From contig JAQBYD010000011.1 of assembly GCA_027623315.1 (NCBI GenBank), positions 4,108-68,107 of the forward strand: a DNA stretch of 64,000 nucleotides, written 5' to 3'. The notes under the pieces are model-generated. The model was given only the letters and a program-made list of their open reading frames with translations, had not been told where the DNA came from and ran no database searches. A program made the translations under genes and the position numbers. The DNA comes from Verrucomicrobiota bacterium (GTDB lineage: Bacteria > Verrucomicrobiota > Kiritimatiellia > CAJWTS01). Numbering within the stretch: position 1 is the stretch's first letter; each line of letters begins with the position of its first letter. Shown here piece after piece: positions 26,959 to 39,018 of this stretch.

Positions 26959-28410
26959 ATGAATTTTCGATCCGTCATTCACATCATTGCGATTCCAGCC
27001 TTGCTGATGGGCGTTGCCCTGGCGGTCTGCTGGGGCGTATCCGTTCTGCAGGGCGATCCGGCGCAGGTCCAGTCGGGCATGGTCTGGTCGGCCGGCATCG
27101 GCCTGGTCTGCGGACTTTTGATGTGGGTGACGACGTTGGGGGCCGTAGAGCTTAAACGCCGTGACGGCTTCGCGATCGTGACCCTGGGCTGGATCGGAAT
27201 GACATTGATCGGATCGGTGCCTTACATGCTCACCGGCGTCTTGACCGATCCCGTCGACGCGATCTTCGAGACGATGTCCGGGCTGACGACAACCGGGGCC
27301 TCCGTCCTTTCCGATCTCGAGTCTGTTCCGGCGACGATTCTGTTCTGGAGATCGCTCACGCAGTGGTTTGGAGGGATGGGCGTGCTGGTGCTGTGCGTAG
27401 CGATTTTGCCGTTTCTCGGTGTGGGTGGGATGCAGATCTACCAGGCTGAAATGCCCGGGCCGTCCGCCGATCGTTTGACACCCCGTATTGCCTCGACGGC
27501 GAAGCTGCTATGGGGCGTCTACGTGCTCCTGACGCTCGTGGAAGCGCTCTTGTTGATGGCAGGTCCGATGGGGTGGTTCGATGCGCTCTGTCATGCGTTC
27601 ACGACGATGTCTACGGGCGGATTCAGCACGCGAAGCGATAGCATTGCTGCGTTTGACAGCGTCTACATCGAGACGATTGTGACGATTTTCATGTTCGTGG
27701 CCGGCGTGAATTTCGTACTTCATTTTCGAGCCCTGTCCGGGCGCCCGGTTCACTATGTGCGCGACCGTGAGTTCGTCTTCTATTTCGCGGTCTGGGGCGT
27801 CGTCGTCATCTTCACGACATTGAACAACTGGTCGTCGATGTCGTACGGAAGTTTTGTCGATTCTTTTCGCGCGTCTGCGTTTACGGTGACGTCGATTCTG
27901 ACGACGACCGGATTCTGCACGGCGGATTTCGACCGGTGGCACACCGCCTCGCGAATCTGCCTGATCGTCCTGATGTTCCTGGGCGGATGCGCAGGGTCGA
28001 CCTCGGGCGGGATCAAGATGCTACGCATTTATATCGTGTGGAAGAAGCTGGTGCGCGACGTGCGTCGCTTCGTGCAGCCGCAGGGCGTGTATCACGTGAA
28101 GCTCGGGGAGACGACTATTCCGCAGGAAGTCGTGACGCATGTGACCGGTTTCGTTTTGATCTTTGTAGCGCTTTTCACCCTGGCAACCCTGCTCATGTCC
28201 TTCTGGACTCCAGACCTGATCACCGCGTTTTCGTCGGTAGCGGCGACGCTGGGGAACATCGGCCCGGGCCTGGGTGAGGTGGGTCCGACGCGCAATTACG
28301 CCGCCATAGCGTCCGAGGGGAAGATTCTGCTGGTGATGTGCATGTTGCTCGGCCGCCTTGAGTTGTATACCGTATTGGTGTTCTTTCTCCCGAGTTTCTG
28401 GCGCAAATAG
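26959..28410 (+). CDS. trkH: Trk/Ktr potassium transporter membrane subunit TrkH
   Basis: 483-aa polytopic protein with repeated selectivity-filter-like GxGG/TTTG segments (MSGLTTTGAS, TMSTGGFST, LTTTGFCT, GCAGSTSGGIK). Confidence 0.9.
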   Translation: MNFRSVIHIIAIPALLMGVALAVCWGVSVLQGDPAQVQSGMVWSAGIGLVCGLLMWVTTLGAVELKRRDGFAIVTLGWIGMTLIGSVPYMLTGVLTDPVDAIFETMSGLTTTGASVLSDLESVPATILFWRSLTQWFGGMGVLVLCVAILPFLGVGGMQIYQAEMPGPSADRLTPRIASTAKLLWGVYVLLTLVEALLLMAGPMGWFDALCHAFTTMSTGGFSTRSDSIAAFDSVYIETIVTIFMFVAGVNFVLHFRALSGRPVHYVRDREFVFYFAVWGVVVIFTTLNNWSSMSYGSFVDSFRASAFTVTSILTTTGFCTADFDRWHTASRICLIVLMFLGGCAGSTSGGIKMLRIYIVWKKLVRDVRRFVQPQGVYHVKLGETTIPQEVVTHVTGFVLIFVALFTLATLLMSFWTPDLITAFSSVAATLGNIGPGLGEVGPTRNYAAIASEGKILLVMCMLLGRLELYTVLVFFLPSFWRK

Positions 28411-28412
28411 AA

Positions 28413-29219
28413 ATGCAGCGAAACACTCCATATCGCCTGCTTGTGGCTGCCGCCGCGATCATCATCGCGCATGCGGGTGATGCCCAGATCGCTTTGGAGA
28501 TGACGACGAAGCACCGCGAGTACCTCCAGTACGAATCCATGCCGGCGACGCTGACGCTGCAGAACCAGTCCGGTCTGGATATCGAATTCGGGCGCTACGA
28601 TAACGAGGCGAACTTGAGATTGAACGTTGAGTTCGATCGGGGCCAGATCGAGGAGCGGATAGTGGACACCCGCGAGGTCCTCGAGACGACTGTGCGTCCG
28701 GGAGAATCAGCCCGCTTTACCGTTGACCTGTCACGCCTGTTCGACCTGCGCACCCCGCGCCGCTACTTGTTCTCGGCCGCGGTCGTGTGGAGGAGCCGTG
28801 ACTATCCCTCCAAGCCCCGGTTCGTTTCTGTCGTGAATGGATTCAAGATCGCCGGCGAGCGGCGTGGCCTCCCGATGTCGCCAGAGACGGTGCGCGAGTA
28901 CGAGCTTCGCTACCAGAGCCGGTCCGAGACGGAGCACCTGTTTCTAACCATTAACGGCGAGACGGAGGATGTCTGCTTCGGTGTCTTTGACCTGGGCCCG
29001 CTTATTCGGGTCTACGAGCCGATTATGAAGTTCGACCACGTCGGGAATGTTCGCGTCATTCATCATTCGGGTCGCGGAGTCAACACACACAACTACCTGA
29101 TCTCGGACGAGAAGGGCGTACGGCACCTTGAGGCGCTGTTCAAGACCCTGGAGGATATCGAGATCACGGGAGACGGACTGAAAGATAAAGCGCCGCCCGG
29201 GTTCGAGCTCGACCGATAG
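28413..29219 (+). CDS. Hypothetical secreted protein
   Basis: 268-aa ORF starting 3 nt after trkH. N-terminal signal-like segment. No recognised family. Confidence 0.5.
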   Translation: MQRNTPYRLLVAAAAIIIAHAGDAQIALEMTTKHREYLQYESMPATLTLQNQSGLDIEFGRYDNEANLRLNVEFDRGQIEERIVDTREVLETTVRPGESARFTVDLSRLFDLRTPRRYLFSAAVVWRSRDYPSKPRFVSVVNGFKIAGERRGLPMSPETVREYELRYQSRSETEHLFLTINGETEDVCFGVFDLGPLIRVYEPIMKFDHVGNVRVIHHSGRGVNTHNYLISDEKGVRHLEALFKTLEDIEITGDGLKDKAPPGFELDR

Positions 29220-29335
29220 TTCGAGGCAGTTCCGGGCCGAGGCGGCCCCGCAAGGCTCGACGTGTTGTTCCCTTGCCCGGTCGATGTTTCGAGCGCTGGC
29301 GGGCCGCCGAGGGGCAGGAGCACTTTCCGGGTGTG

Positions 29336-31276
29336 CTATGCACTCGCGGCGGGGAGTAGGGGTGGTACCGGGCAATCCATCGCGTCGGCGATGGAACGGA
29401 TCAGTTCGGCCTCCTCGAGCGTGGCGCGGCCGTCGGCCGCCACGCAGGCGATCGAGGCTCCAAGAATGGTCTTCTTAATCTGAGGTGATGCTTCGGCGAG
29501 CGTCTCGAGCGCTGAATCCACGGCGTCGAGAGAACACTCCGATATGGGGAGTAGATCGGGGCGGTTGCCCGGCGGCAGGGACGCCACGCTGCTCGCGTAG
29601 GCGCGCTCGGCGACCGCGACTTCGTCGTGGCCGAAGTACGCCAGCGATGAGAGCAGTTGTGCGCACTGCGGTAGAATACCGACGAGGTTCCGGAATCGAA
29701 CTCGAGACGGCGCAGTCGTGATGAAGTTGGGCTCCACGTGGCGCGCCATGACGTGCCTCAGGCAATACTCGAAGAGGTCGATTTCACCGTCGGCTTCGAT
29801 GAGGTGCTGTACATTCTGCTCGAACGCGGTGTATTGATCCATGGTTTGCATGCGAAGTGCCGGAATCGCAATGTCAACCAGGGGAAGTCGCAGGTGACGG
29901 TCGAGGGCGTCTACGGTAGGAGCCAGTCGCAGGGCCTCGCCAAACACGGCAGCGTCGGCATGCGCCTCGAGTCGCGCCAGTTGACCCGACCGAAGCGACG
30001 GATCGCGATGCAGTAGCACGGCATAGACCACGGCGCGCGCGCCGTAGGCTTCGTGCGCGGCATCGACCAGCACCGAGGGCAAGCGGCGGCGCATCTCGCC
30101 GGCGTAGGCGATGTGTTCGGCATCCAACGTGCCCACGCTGGCGAGTACTCTCTCGGGCACGGCATCAAGCTTGGGCGAGGGATGCGGTGCGGATGGGGCA
30201 AATGCCGCGACGGCGGCCGTCTCGTCGTCCCCCCAGTTTTGCGCAGCGTCCTGGATCATCTCTCCGTCGAAGGTGCCTTCGATGCGGCGGATGCGCTCGG
30301 GGAGGGGCGGGTGCGTTGCGAGAAGTTGGACAAACGAACGATTCAGGGCGTTCGAGAAGAAAAGATGACTCGCCTGCTCAGCATTGGGGTGTTGGATTCT
30401 TGAGCCGGATGCGTAGCCGCCAATTCGCTTCAGCGCGCCGGCAATCCCATCGGGATCTCGTGTGAACTGCACGGCCGAGGCGTCGGCAAGAAACTCGCGT
30501 TGCCGTGAGATGGCTGCCTTGATCAGTTTTCCGAAGAAAACTCCGATGTATCCGATCGCAAAGATGGCCAGTCCCAGGAGAACAAGCGGAAGCTGATTTC
30601 CCTCACTGCGGTTGCTGGAGCGACGGTGCGAGGTGAACATCGTCGATCGGAAGATGAAATAACCCACCATGCCGATCACGAGGATGCCGTGCAGGATCCC
30701 GATCAGCCTGATGTTGATGCGCATGTCGCCGTTCAGGATGTGACTGAACTCGTGTGCCAACACGCCCTGCAGTTCGGCCCGCGAGAGGCGAGTCATGCAT
30801 CCCTCGGTCACGCCGATGACGGCATCGCCTAGGGAAAAGCCGGCGGCAAAGGCATTAATCGCGCTTTCGTTAAGGAGGAAGACCGGCGGTACGGGAGTCC
30901 CCGCGGCGATGGCTATCTCCTCAACCACGTTGAGCAGGCGCCGTTCCTTGACGTTGGTGGTGCCGGGGTCGAGCCGGCGCCCGCCGAGTTGCTCGGCCAC
31001 GGCCTTGCCCCCTTCGGCAAGACCGGCGATCTTGGACAGGCTCCCGATCACGACGATCGAGATCGTGATACCGGCGACCCACACGAAGAGTCTGAAGTTC
31101 CAGAGCGACGCCCAGTCGATCTCGTTGTTGGCTTTGACCTTAACGCCGACGATGGCGGCACTGCACGCGACATAGATCGACGCGATGATCAGGATGACCG
31201 CGAGAATGAAGTACGTGATGAGCAGGCCGGTCTTCCGACGCGCAACATCCTGGTGCTGAAAGAAGTCCATGGCCAT
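29336..31276 (-). CDS. M48-family zinc metallopeptidase (HtpX-like) with long C-terminal extension
   Basis: HEFSHILNGD (HExxH) motif, TM segments, and about 350 aa of extra C-terminal sequence. Confidence 0.8.
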   Translation of the reverse strand: MAMDFFQHQDVARRKTGLLITYFILAVILIIASIYVACSAAIVGVKVKANNEIDWASLWNFRLFVWVAGITISIVVIGSLSKIAGLAEGGKAVAEQLGGRRLDPGTTNVKERRLLNVVEEIAIAAGTPVPPVFLLNESAINAFAAGFSLGDAVIGVTEGCMTRLSRAELQGVLAHEFSHILNGDMRINIRLIGILHGILVIGMVGYFIFRSTMFTSHRRSSNRSEGNQLPLVLLGLAIFAIGYIGVFFGKLIKAAISRQREFLADASAVQFTRDPDGIAGALKRIGGYASGSRIQHPNAEQASHLFFSNALNRSFVQLLATHPPLPERIRRIEGTFDGEMIQDAAQNWGDDETAAVAAFAPSAPHPSPKLDAVPERVLASVGTLDAEHIAYAGEMRRRLPSVLVDAAHEAYGARAVVYAVLLHRDPSLRSGQLARLEAHADAAVFGEALRLAPTVDALDRHLRLPLVDIAIPALRMQTMDQYTAFEQNVQHLIEADGEIDLFEYCLRHVMARHVEPNFITTAPSRVRFRNLVGILPQCAQLLSSLAYFGHDEVAVAERAYASSVASLPPGNRPDLLPISECSLDAVDSALETLAEASPQIKKTILGASIACVAADGRATLEEAELIRSIADAMDCPVPPLLPAASA

Positions 31277-31381
31277 GGGACTGGGGTCCTCTACATCGCT
31301 CGATTCAATGACAAGCGGCGTGGCGGCCGCGCCTGCGTCCTGGTAAACGCGCCGTCTCCAGCGGTAGCTCCGGCACGGAAC

Positions 31382-31969
31382 CTAAAACTGAACCGTGGGA
31401 GCCTCGCGCTGTGCTTCCTCTTCGATTTCGAAGAGTTGCGCGGGAACAAACCCGAACGCGCCGGCAAAGATCACGTCGGGGAATGTCTCGCGGCTGGTGT
31501 TGTACGACGTTACGGCGTCGTTAAAGGCCTGCCGGGAGAAGGAGACCTTGTTCTCGGTGCTGGTGAGCTCTTCCATGAGCTGGGCCATGCTCTCATTGGC
31601 CTTGAGCTCGGGATACCGCTCGACCGTGACCAGCAGGCGTCCGAGTGACCCGCCCAGGGCCGACTCGGCCGCCATCAGCTTCTGCATGGCGGCAGGATCA
31701 CCGGGCGCCCCGGCGGCGGCTTCGGCGGCCGAGAAGGCCTGGTTGCGCGCCTTGATCACGTTCTCGAGAGTCTCCGATTCGTGCTTCATGTACCCTTTGG
31801 CCGTTTCGACGAGATTGGGAATCAGGTCGTAGCGACGCTTGAGCTGCACATCGATCTGGGCAAATGCGTTCTTGTAGCGGTTCCGCAGGACGACGAGTTT
31901 GTTGTAGATGCCCGCGACGATGGCGACGAGGACGACGATGACGACAATGGTGACGATCAGGCCTGTCAT
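31382..31969 (-). CDS. LemA family protein
   Basis: N-terminal TM helix followed by LRNRYKNAFAQIDVQLKRRYDLIPNLVETAKGY, typical of LemA. Classic pairing with a downstream M48 peptidase. Confidence 0.85.
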   Translation of the reverse strand: MTGLIVTIVVIVVLVAIVAGIYNKLVVLRNRYKNAFAQIDVQLKRRYDLIPNLVETAKGYMKHESETLENVIKARNQAFSAAEAAAGAPGDPAAMQKLMAAESALGGSLGRLLVTVERYPELKANESMAQLMEELTSTENKVSFSRQAFNDAVTSYNTSRETFPDVIFAGAFGFVPAQLFEIEEEAQREAPTVQF

Positions 31970-32127
31970 GAGATGCCTCCTAGCATGCTGAGTTCATAAG
32001 CGGTTTTCAAGGGGATCAGAGTCGGAATTTCCGTGGACCCCGTCAAGACCAAACCCGCTCTCCTGACTCGACCCCCATTGTCGCATGGGTTTTCGCCGGG
32101 GAGGTGTTCTGCCGGACCGTCGGGGTG

Positions 32128-33375
32128 CTACCGTGCCACCGCCTGGATGGCGCGGATCCGATCGATCACGGGGGGATGGCTGTACTCCAGGAAGACCTTC
32201 AGCGGGTGGGGCGTCAGGTTCGACAGGTTGTCGACACTGAGTTTCTTCAAGGCCGTGACCATGGCGCCCGGGTGTCCGTGCGTGTCCACGGCGTAGCGGT
32301 CCGCTTCAAACTCGTGGCGTCGCGAGAGGCTATTGACGGCGACGGAGATCACGGAGGAGATCGGCGAGTAGAGGATGCCGAAAAAGAAGAGACTGGCGTA
32401 GATCGACGTCGATTCCATCTTGAAAGCAGCGAAGAGTCCGGGGTTTTCGATAAAGAAGGAGAGCAGAAAGAACATCAAACCCGTGGTGGCCATTGAGACG
32501 AGCATGAATTTGAGAATGTGCAGCTTCTTGTAGTGTCCCATCTCGTGGGCGACCACCGCCGTGAGTTCCTCGGTACTATGTTGCGCGATCAGGGTGTCGA
32601 ATAGAACGATGCGGCGGAAGCGGCCGAACCCGGTGAAGAAGGCGTTACTCTTGCTCGAGCGCCGCGACCCGTCCATCCTGTAGACGCCCTTCAATTTGAA
32701 ATCCTGCGCGTGTGCGTACGTTTCGATGGACGAACGAAGGTCTCCCTGCGCCAGCGGTTCGTACTTGTTGAAGAGGGGCATGATCAAGACGGGTGCGACG
32801 AACATGATGACCAGCTGGAAGACCGTCAGTGCACCCCAGCAGTAAAGCCAGGCCAGGCTGCCGGCGGCACCGAAGAACCATAGGATTGCGGCGAGCACGG
32901 GCACCCCGATGATCGCGGAGAGCAACCATCCCTTGAGCAGGTCGGTTACGAACGTCTTGACCGATGTGCGATTGAATCCGAAGCGCTCTTCAATCACAAA
33001 CGTGTGATAGGCGCTGATCGGAATCTGCAGCAGGCTGCTACCCCATAGGAGCAACCCGGAGAAAATCAGCCCGGTCGCGATCGGACCGAGGTTGAACGAC
33101 CGGGCGAAATCGTCGACAAGATTAAAGCCGCCCAGCAGGATGAAAATGATCATCAAGGGGGTCGTGATCGACGAGATCAGTTGTCCGAACCGCGTATTGA
33201 CCTTCAGGTAGTCTTGCGAACGAGCATACCGATCGGCGTCGTAGGAGTCCTCGAAGTCGGGCGGCAGCTTCGGGTCAAGATGCCGAACATTGAGGAACTC
33301 GACAACAAGATCGCGCACGTAGTCGGCGACCAGAATGCACAGAACCACGACGAGGTAGGTGTTCACACAGGACAC
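32128..33375 (-). CDS. M48-family Ste24/CAAX-protease-like zinc metallopeptidase
   Basis: Multi-TM N-terminal half, HEMGHYKKLH (HExxH) and the downstream EFEADRYA glutamate motif. Confidence 0.8.
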   Translation of the reverse strand: MSCVNTYLVVVLCILVADYVRDLVVEFLNVRHLDPKLPPDFEDSYDADRYARSQDYLKVNTRFGQLISSITTPLMIIFILLGGFNLVDDFARSFNLGPIATGLIFSGLLLWGSSLLQIPISAYHTFVIEERFGFNRTSVKTFVTDLLKGWLLSAIIGVPVLAAILWFFGAAGSLAWLYCWGALTVFQLVIMFVAPVLIMPLFNKYEPLAQGDLRSSIETYAHAQDFKLKGVYRMDGSRRSSKSNAFFTGFGRFRRIVLFDTLIAQHSTEELTAVVAHEMGHYKKLHILKFMLVSMATTGLMFFLLSFFIENPGLFAAFKMESTSIYASLFFFGILYSPISSVISVAVNSLSRRHEFEADRYAVDTHGHPGAMVTALKKLSVDNLSNLTPHPLKVFLEYSHPPVIDRIRAIQAVAR

Positions 33376-33383
33376 GACCTTGG

Positions 33384-35366
<1,983 letters not shown>

Positions 35367-35504
35367 GATTGGCCCTTTGTGAGGTGTCGGTAGTGGGTTC
35401 GAGGTGCGCCCGCGGACAGTGGACACGATGAGCAACGGGTATCACAGCCCGAAGCGTGCACGCAATACTAAACCGCCTGTGGAGGGGGTGAGGCAACCGG
35501 GCGT

Positions 35505-36626
35505 CTAAGCCTGCGGAGGAGTCTCGCGGATCTGGCGATGGCGGCTCGCACGCTCGACGGCGTACAGCAGGTGACCGCTGGTCAGTGGTTTGGTCAGAAC
35601 GTCGAGCGCCCCGGCGGCCACGGCGCGCGTCGTGAGATCGGACCCGGGGTCGGATGTGACCGCGAGCACAGCGGCCGCTGTGGAGGCGCAAAAGTCGGGA
35701 AGCACACCGCCCTCTTTCCTCACGAGGTCCAAGTCGACCAGGACGATGTCGAGCCGCGCGCCGTCCGACGCGAGTTTCTCCTCGGCCTCGGCGAGGCTGC
35801 CGGCCAAGATCGTTTCGATGCGAGAATCCTCCGCCAGGACCAGGATCTCGGATGCCTCGGTAGAGCCCTCGATCACGAGAATACGCGTCCGTTGCCGTTC
35901 GGCGTCGGCGCTGAGATCAAAGTCAACGATCCGCAGGTCGGGTGTGCCCTCGGTGTACGGTTCGTCAACGAACTCGCGCAGTTGCTGGGCCTTGGCTAAT
36001 TTCTCCGAGCAGAGGTTGGCTTGTTCCAGGATATCCGCGAGGCCGGCGGTGAGTTCGTCAGGCGCAAGCGAGCCGTCCGCGTGCGCCATGCGCAGGAGAT
36101 TGGCGCGCACCATGATGACGGTGAGCGGCTGGTTCAATTCATGGAGCATCGCGGCGATAATGGCGCGGCTGGCGGCGGTGCGATGCTCCCGCTCGCGCAC
36201 GAGTTCGGCCTGCTTGCGGTCGGTGATGTCCTCAATCATGACGACGATGAGCTCGTTGGCGGGGCCGGTCGATGAGAGCAGCGTGAAGTTCAGTACGCAC
36301 GGGCCGCGTCCGGCGAGGCTGAATTCGACCTCGTGCGAGACCTGCGTGGGAGACGCGAGCACGGACTCGAGAAGTCCGCTTACAAATCCCGCCTCGGATG
36401 GGTTGGGAGAGGGGAAGAGACCGGTGATGGGCTGTCCCAGGACGTCGGCGAAGGAGTCTTTATTGAGCAGGTTGAGCAGGCTCTGGTTGACGCGCATGAC
36501 GGTGCCGGTGAGGTCGGTGAGGAGAATGCCCTGCGGGCTGGCGTCGATGATATGCTCTAGCTGGGTCTTGGCATTCTCGATGAGGCGGCCGAGGTCGTCG
36601 GGAGTTTCTGGAGGTGTGGTGCTCAT
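35505..36626 (-). CDS. PAS - HisKA(DHp) - receiver(REC) signalling protein lacking an HATPase_c domain
   Basis: ORF 35505..36701 with start probably MSTTPPE. PAS region, DHp with phospho-His (AAMLHELNQPLT), and a C-terminal REC with DIVLVDLDL Asp, T/S and K positions. No G1/G2 ATP-lid boxes are present. Confidence 0.65.
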   Translation of the reverse strand: MSTTPPETPDDLGRLIENAKTQLEHIIDASPQGILLTDLTGTVMRVNQSLLNLLNKDSFADVLGQPITGLFPSPNPSEAGFVSGLLESVLASPTQVSHEVEFSLAGRGPCVLNFTLLSSTGPANELIVVMIEDITDRKQAELVREREHRTAASRAIIAAMLHELNQPLTVIMVRANLLRMAHADGSLAPDELTAGLADILEQANLCSEKLAKAQQLREFVDEPYTEGTPDLRIVDFDLSADAERQRTRILVIEGSTEASEILVLAEDSRIETILAGSLAEAEEKLASDGARLDIVLVDLDLVRKEGGVLPDFCASTAAAVLAVTSDPGSDLTTRAVAAGALDVLTKPLTSGHLLYAVERASRHRQIRETPPQA

Positions 36627-36823
36627 CGTAGGCGCGCCGTGGCAACCCCGAGGATAGTAGGGCCCTGTAACCGCAAGCGTCAAGCGGCGGGCGACGTGCA
36701 TTCAACCGCTTGGGGCGCTAACCTGACTCGATCCAGGGCCATCTGCAGGGGAATGACGGGCCGTCTCCGCTTCAGGAGCTCAATTTCCGGTCGGTGAGCC
36801 CCTCCACGACGGGCCCCCTCCGG

Positions 36824-37660
36824 CTACTCGCCGATCTGGTATCGGACGAAGCGGCGGATCGTGAGGGTGTCGTCGAGCGCCTTGCCGGCATCCGTGAGTA
36901 AGTCGGTAATGGACTTGTCGGGATCCTTGACAAAGGACTGGTTGACGAAGCAGACCTCGGAGTAGAACTTCCGAATCTTACCATCGACAATCTTGTCGAT
37001 GATCTCTGCCGGTTTATCGCTCATTTGCTTGGCGTAGATTTCGCGTTCGCTGTCGACGAGTTCGGCCGGAATCTCGTCGCTCGTCAGAAAGCGCGGGCTG
37101 CAAGCCGCGATGTGCAGGGTGAGGTCACGCACGAGTTCCTTAAACGCATCCTGCAATACGGTCTCGGCCTTCTCGCAGCCGACTTCGATCAGGACGCCGA
37201 TCGCGTTGCCGAGGTGGATATAGGAACCGACTACACCGGCACCATCGAGGACAAACCGTGTATTGCGGGGCACGACGATGTTTTCGCCGAGCTCGGTTAC
37301 CATCGCTGTGACGTCGTCCTTCACGGATTCCGCGATCGGATCGTCCGTCTCGGTGGCGCGGCGTGCCACCGAGTCGGCGAAGGTACGGAAGGTCTCGTTG
37401 CGCGCAACGAAGTCCGTTTCGCAATTCACTTCGACCAGCGAGCAGATCGTGCCATCGCCCGCTTCCGCGGTAAGGATCAGGCCCTCGTTCGTCTCGCGTG
37501 AGGCCTTCTTGCTCGCGATGGCAATGCCGCGCTCGCGCAGCAATCTGATCGCGGCGTCCTTGTCGCCGTCCGCCTCCTGGAGGGCCCTCTTGCACTCCAT
37601 CATGCTGATATTCGTTTCCTCCCGTAATTCTTTTACGGCAGACGCTGTGATCTGGGCCAT
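36824..37660 (-). CDS. tsf: Elongation factor Ts
   Basis: MAQITASAVKELREETNISMMECKRALQEADGDKDAAIRLLRE is a canonical EF-Ts N-terminus. Lies downstream of rpsB. Confidence 0.9.
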   Translation of the reverse strand: MAQITASAVKELREETNISMMECKRALQEADGDKDAAIRLLRERGIAIASKKASRETNEGLILTAEAGDGTICSLVEVNCETDFVARNETFRTFADSVARRATETDDPIAESVKDDVTAMVTELGENIVVPRNTRFVLDGAGVVGSYIHLGNAIGVLIEVGCEKAETVLQDAFKELVRDLTLHIAACSPRFLTSDEIPAELVDSEREIYAKQMSDKPAEIIDKIVDGKIRKFYSEVCFVNQSFVKDPDKSITDLLTDAGKALDDTLTIRRFVRYQIGE

Positions 37661-37689
37661 GGTTCAGTCTCCTGGAAAATCTCTGTGTA

Positions 37690-38769
37690 CTATTCTGCTT
37701 TGGTTTCTGGTGCCGCTGCAACCGGTTCCGCCGGCTCCGGCTCGACGGTCTCGGCCACCGCTTCAGGCGCGGGTTCAGGCGCGGCCTTGGGCGCGGCCTT
37801 GGGTGCGGCCTTGGGTGCGGCCCCGGGCTTGGGTGCCGAGGCGGGAGCCCGAGGCGCTGCCGCCTTCTTGGGCGCGGCGCGCGGTGCGGGAGTCTCTTCG
37901 GATTTGGCCAGTTCAGGCATGCTTTCCTCAAGAGCCGCTGCGGTGGCGGCCTCTGCCGCTACGGCTACTTTGGCGGTGGCCTCAGCCTTGGCTTCGGCTT
38001 CGGCGCGGGCCTTCTCTTCTTCCTTCTGGCGTTGCTTCTCAAGCTCCACGGCTTTCTTCAAGTAGACTTCGTGTGCCTGGGCTGCAGTCTCTGCGAGGGC
38101 ACCGGCGACCAGTCGAATCGCGCGGATCGCATCGTCATTCGCGGGAATTACGTAGTCGACAGGATCCGGATCACAGTTGCTATCCACCATCGCGATGACC
38201 GGGATGTGCAGACGATTGGCTTCGGCGACGGCAATCGCTTCGCGTTTGACGTCTACCACGAAGAGCGCACCGGGAAGTTCGTCCATGTCGGCGACACCGG
38301 TCAAGTTGCGCTGCAGCTTGGCCAGCTCGTGGCGAAGTCGTGAAACCTCCTTGTTGGGAAGGGTTTCGAATTGGCCGTCCTTGACCATCTGCTCGATTTC
38401 GCGCATGCGACGTACGCTGCGGCGAATCGTGGTGCGGTTGGTCAGCATCCCGCCAAGCCAGCGACTTGTGACGTAGAATTGCGAGGATTTCTCTGCACAT
38501 TCCTGGATGACCTCCTGGGCCTGCTTCTTGGTGCCCACAAAGAGCACTCTTTTGCCGCTGACGACAACGTCCTCGACAAACTTCGCCGCTTCCTCGAGCA
38601 GGCGCACGGTCTTAACGAGATCGATAACGTGAATTAAATTCCGTTTATCGAAGATATACGGCTTCATTTTCGGGTTCCAGCGCTTGGTCTGGTGTCCGAA
38701 ATGAAGGCCAGCGTCCAATAGATCACGCACGGTGAGCTTGGACGAGACGTCTACTTTTACTTTCGCCAC
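37690..38769 (-). CDS. rpsB: 30S ribosomal protein S2 with roughly 110-aa Ala/Lys/Pro/Glu-rich C-terminal extension
   Basis: ORF 37690..38850. Start moved to GTG 38767-38769 (VAKVKVDV), preceded by [24 protein letters not shown]2 signature. The tail contains (AAPKA)n encoded by 15-nt tandem repeats. Confidence 0.9.
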   Translation of the reverse strand: MAKVKVDVSSKLTVRDLLDAGLHFGHQTKRWNPKMKPYIFDKRNLIHVIDLVKTVRLLEEAAKFVEDVVVSGKRVLFVGTKKQAQEVIQECAEKSSQFYVTSRWLGGMLTNRTTIRRSVRRMREIEQMVKDGQFETLPNKEVSRLRHELAKLQRNLTGVADMDELPGALFVVDVKREAIAVAEANRLHIPVIAMVDSNCDPDPVDYVIPANDDAIRAIRLVAGALAETAAQAHEVYLKKAVELEKQRQKEEEKARAEAEAKAEATAKVAVAAEAATAAALEESMPELAKSEETPAPRAAPKKAAAPRAPASAPKPGAAPKAAPKAAPKAAPEPAPEAVAETVEPEPAEPVAAAPETKAE

Positions 38770-39018
38770 TGTACTTTCCTCCAGTTTAAGCCCGGCGATC
38801 GACCAAACTTGGTACATGAATCGCGTAAGGCAATCCGCTTTGGCTCCCACAAGAGGTGGGAACTACTCGCTTCCGTCCCGCGGAGCGGGACCCAAAAAGT
38901 CAATCAGGCTACCACAAGCATTTGCAGTTGCAACACAAAAAGCCCGATAAATCGGAAGGTTCACGCAGAGCCTGTGGGGCCAGGATCGGGCCTTGCCTGC
39001 CATCCCTTCCGCGAATCC

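Noticed and set aside
35590-36657. 355-aa plus-strand Ser/Arg-rich ORF
   Set aside because: Antisense to the PAS-DHp-REC gene. Low complexity.
37140-38198. Overlapping 263-aa minus-strand and 311-aa plus-strand Arg/Pro-rich ORFs
   Set aside because: Alternative frames or antisense of tsf and rpsB.
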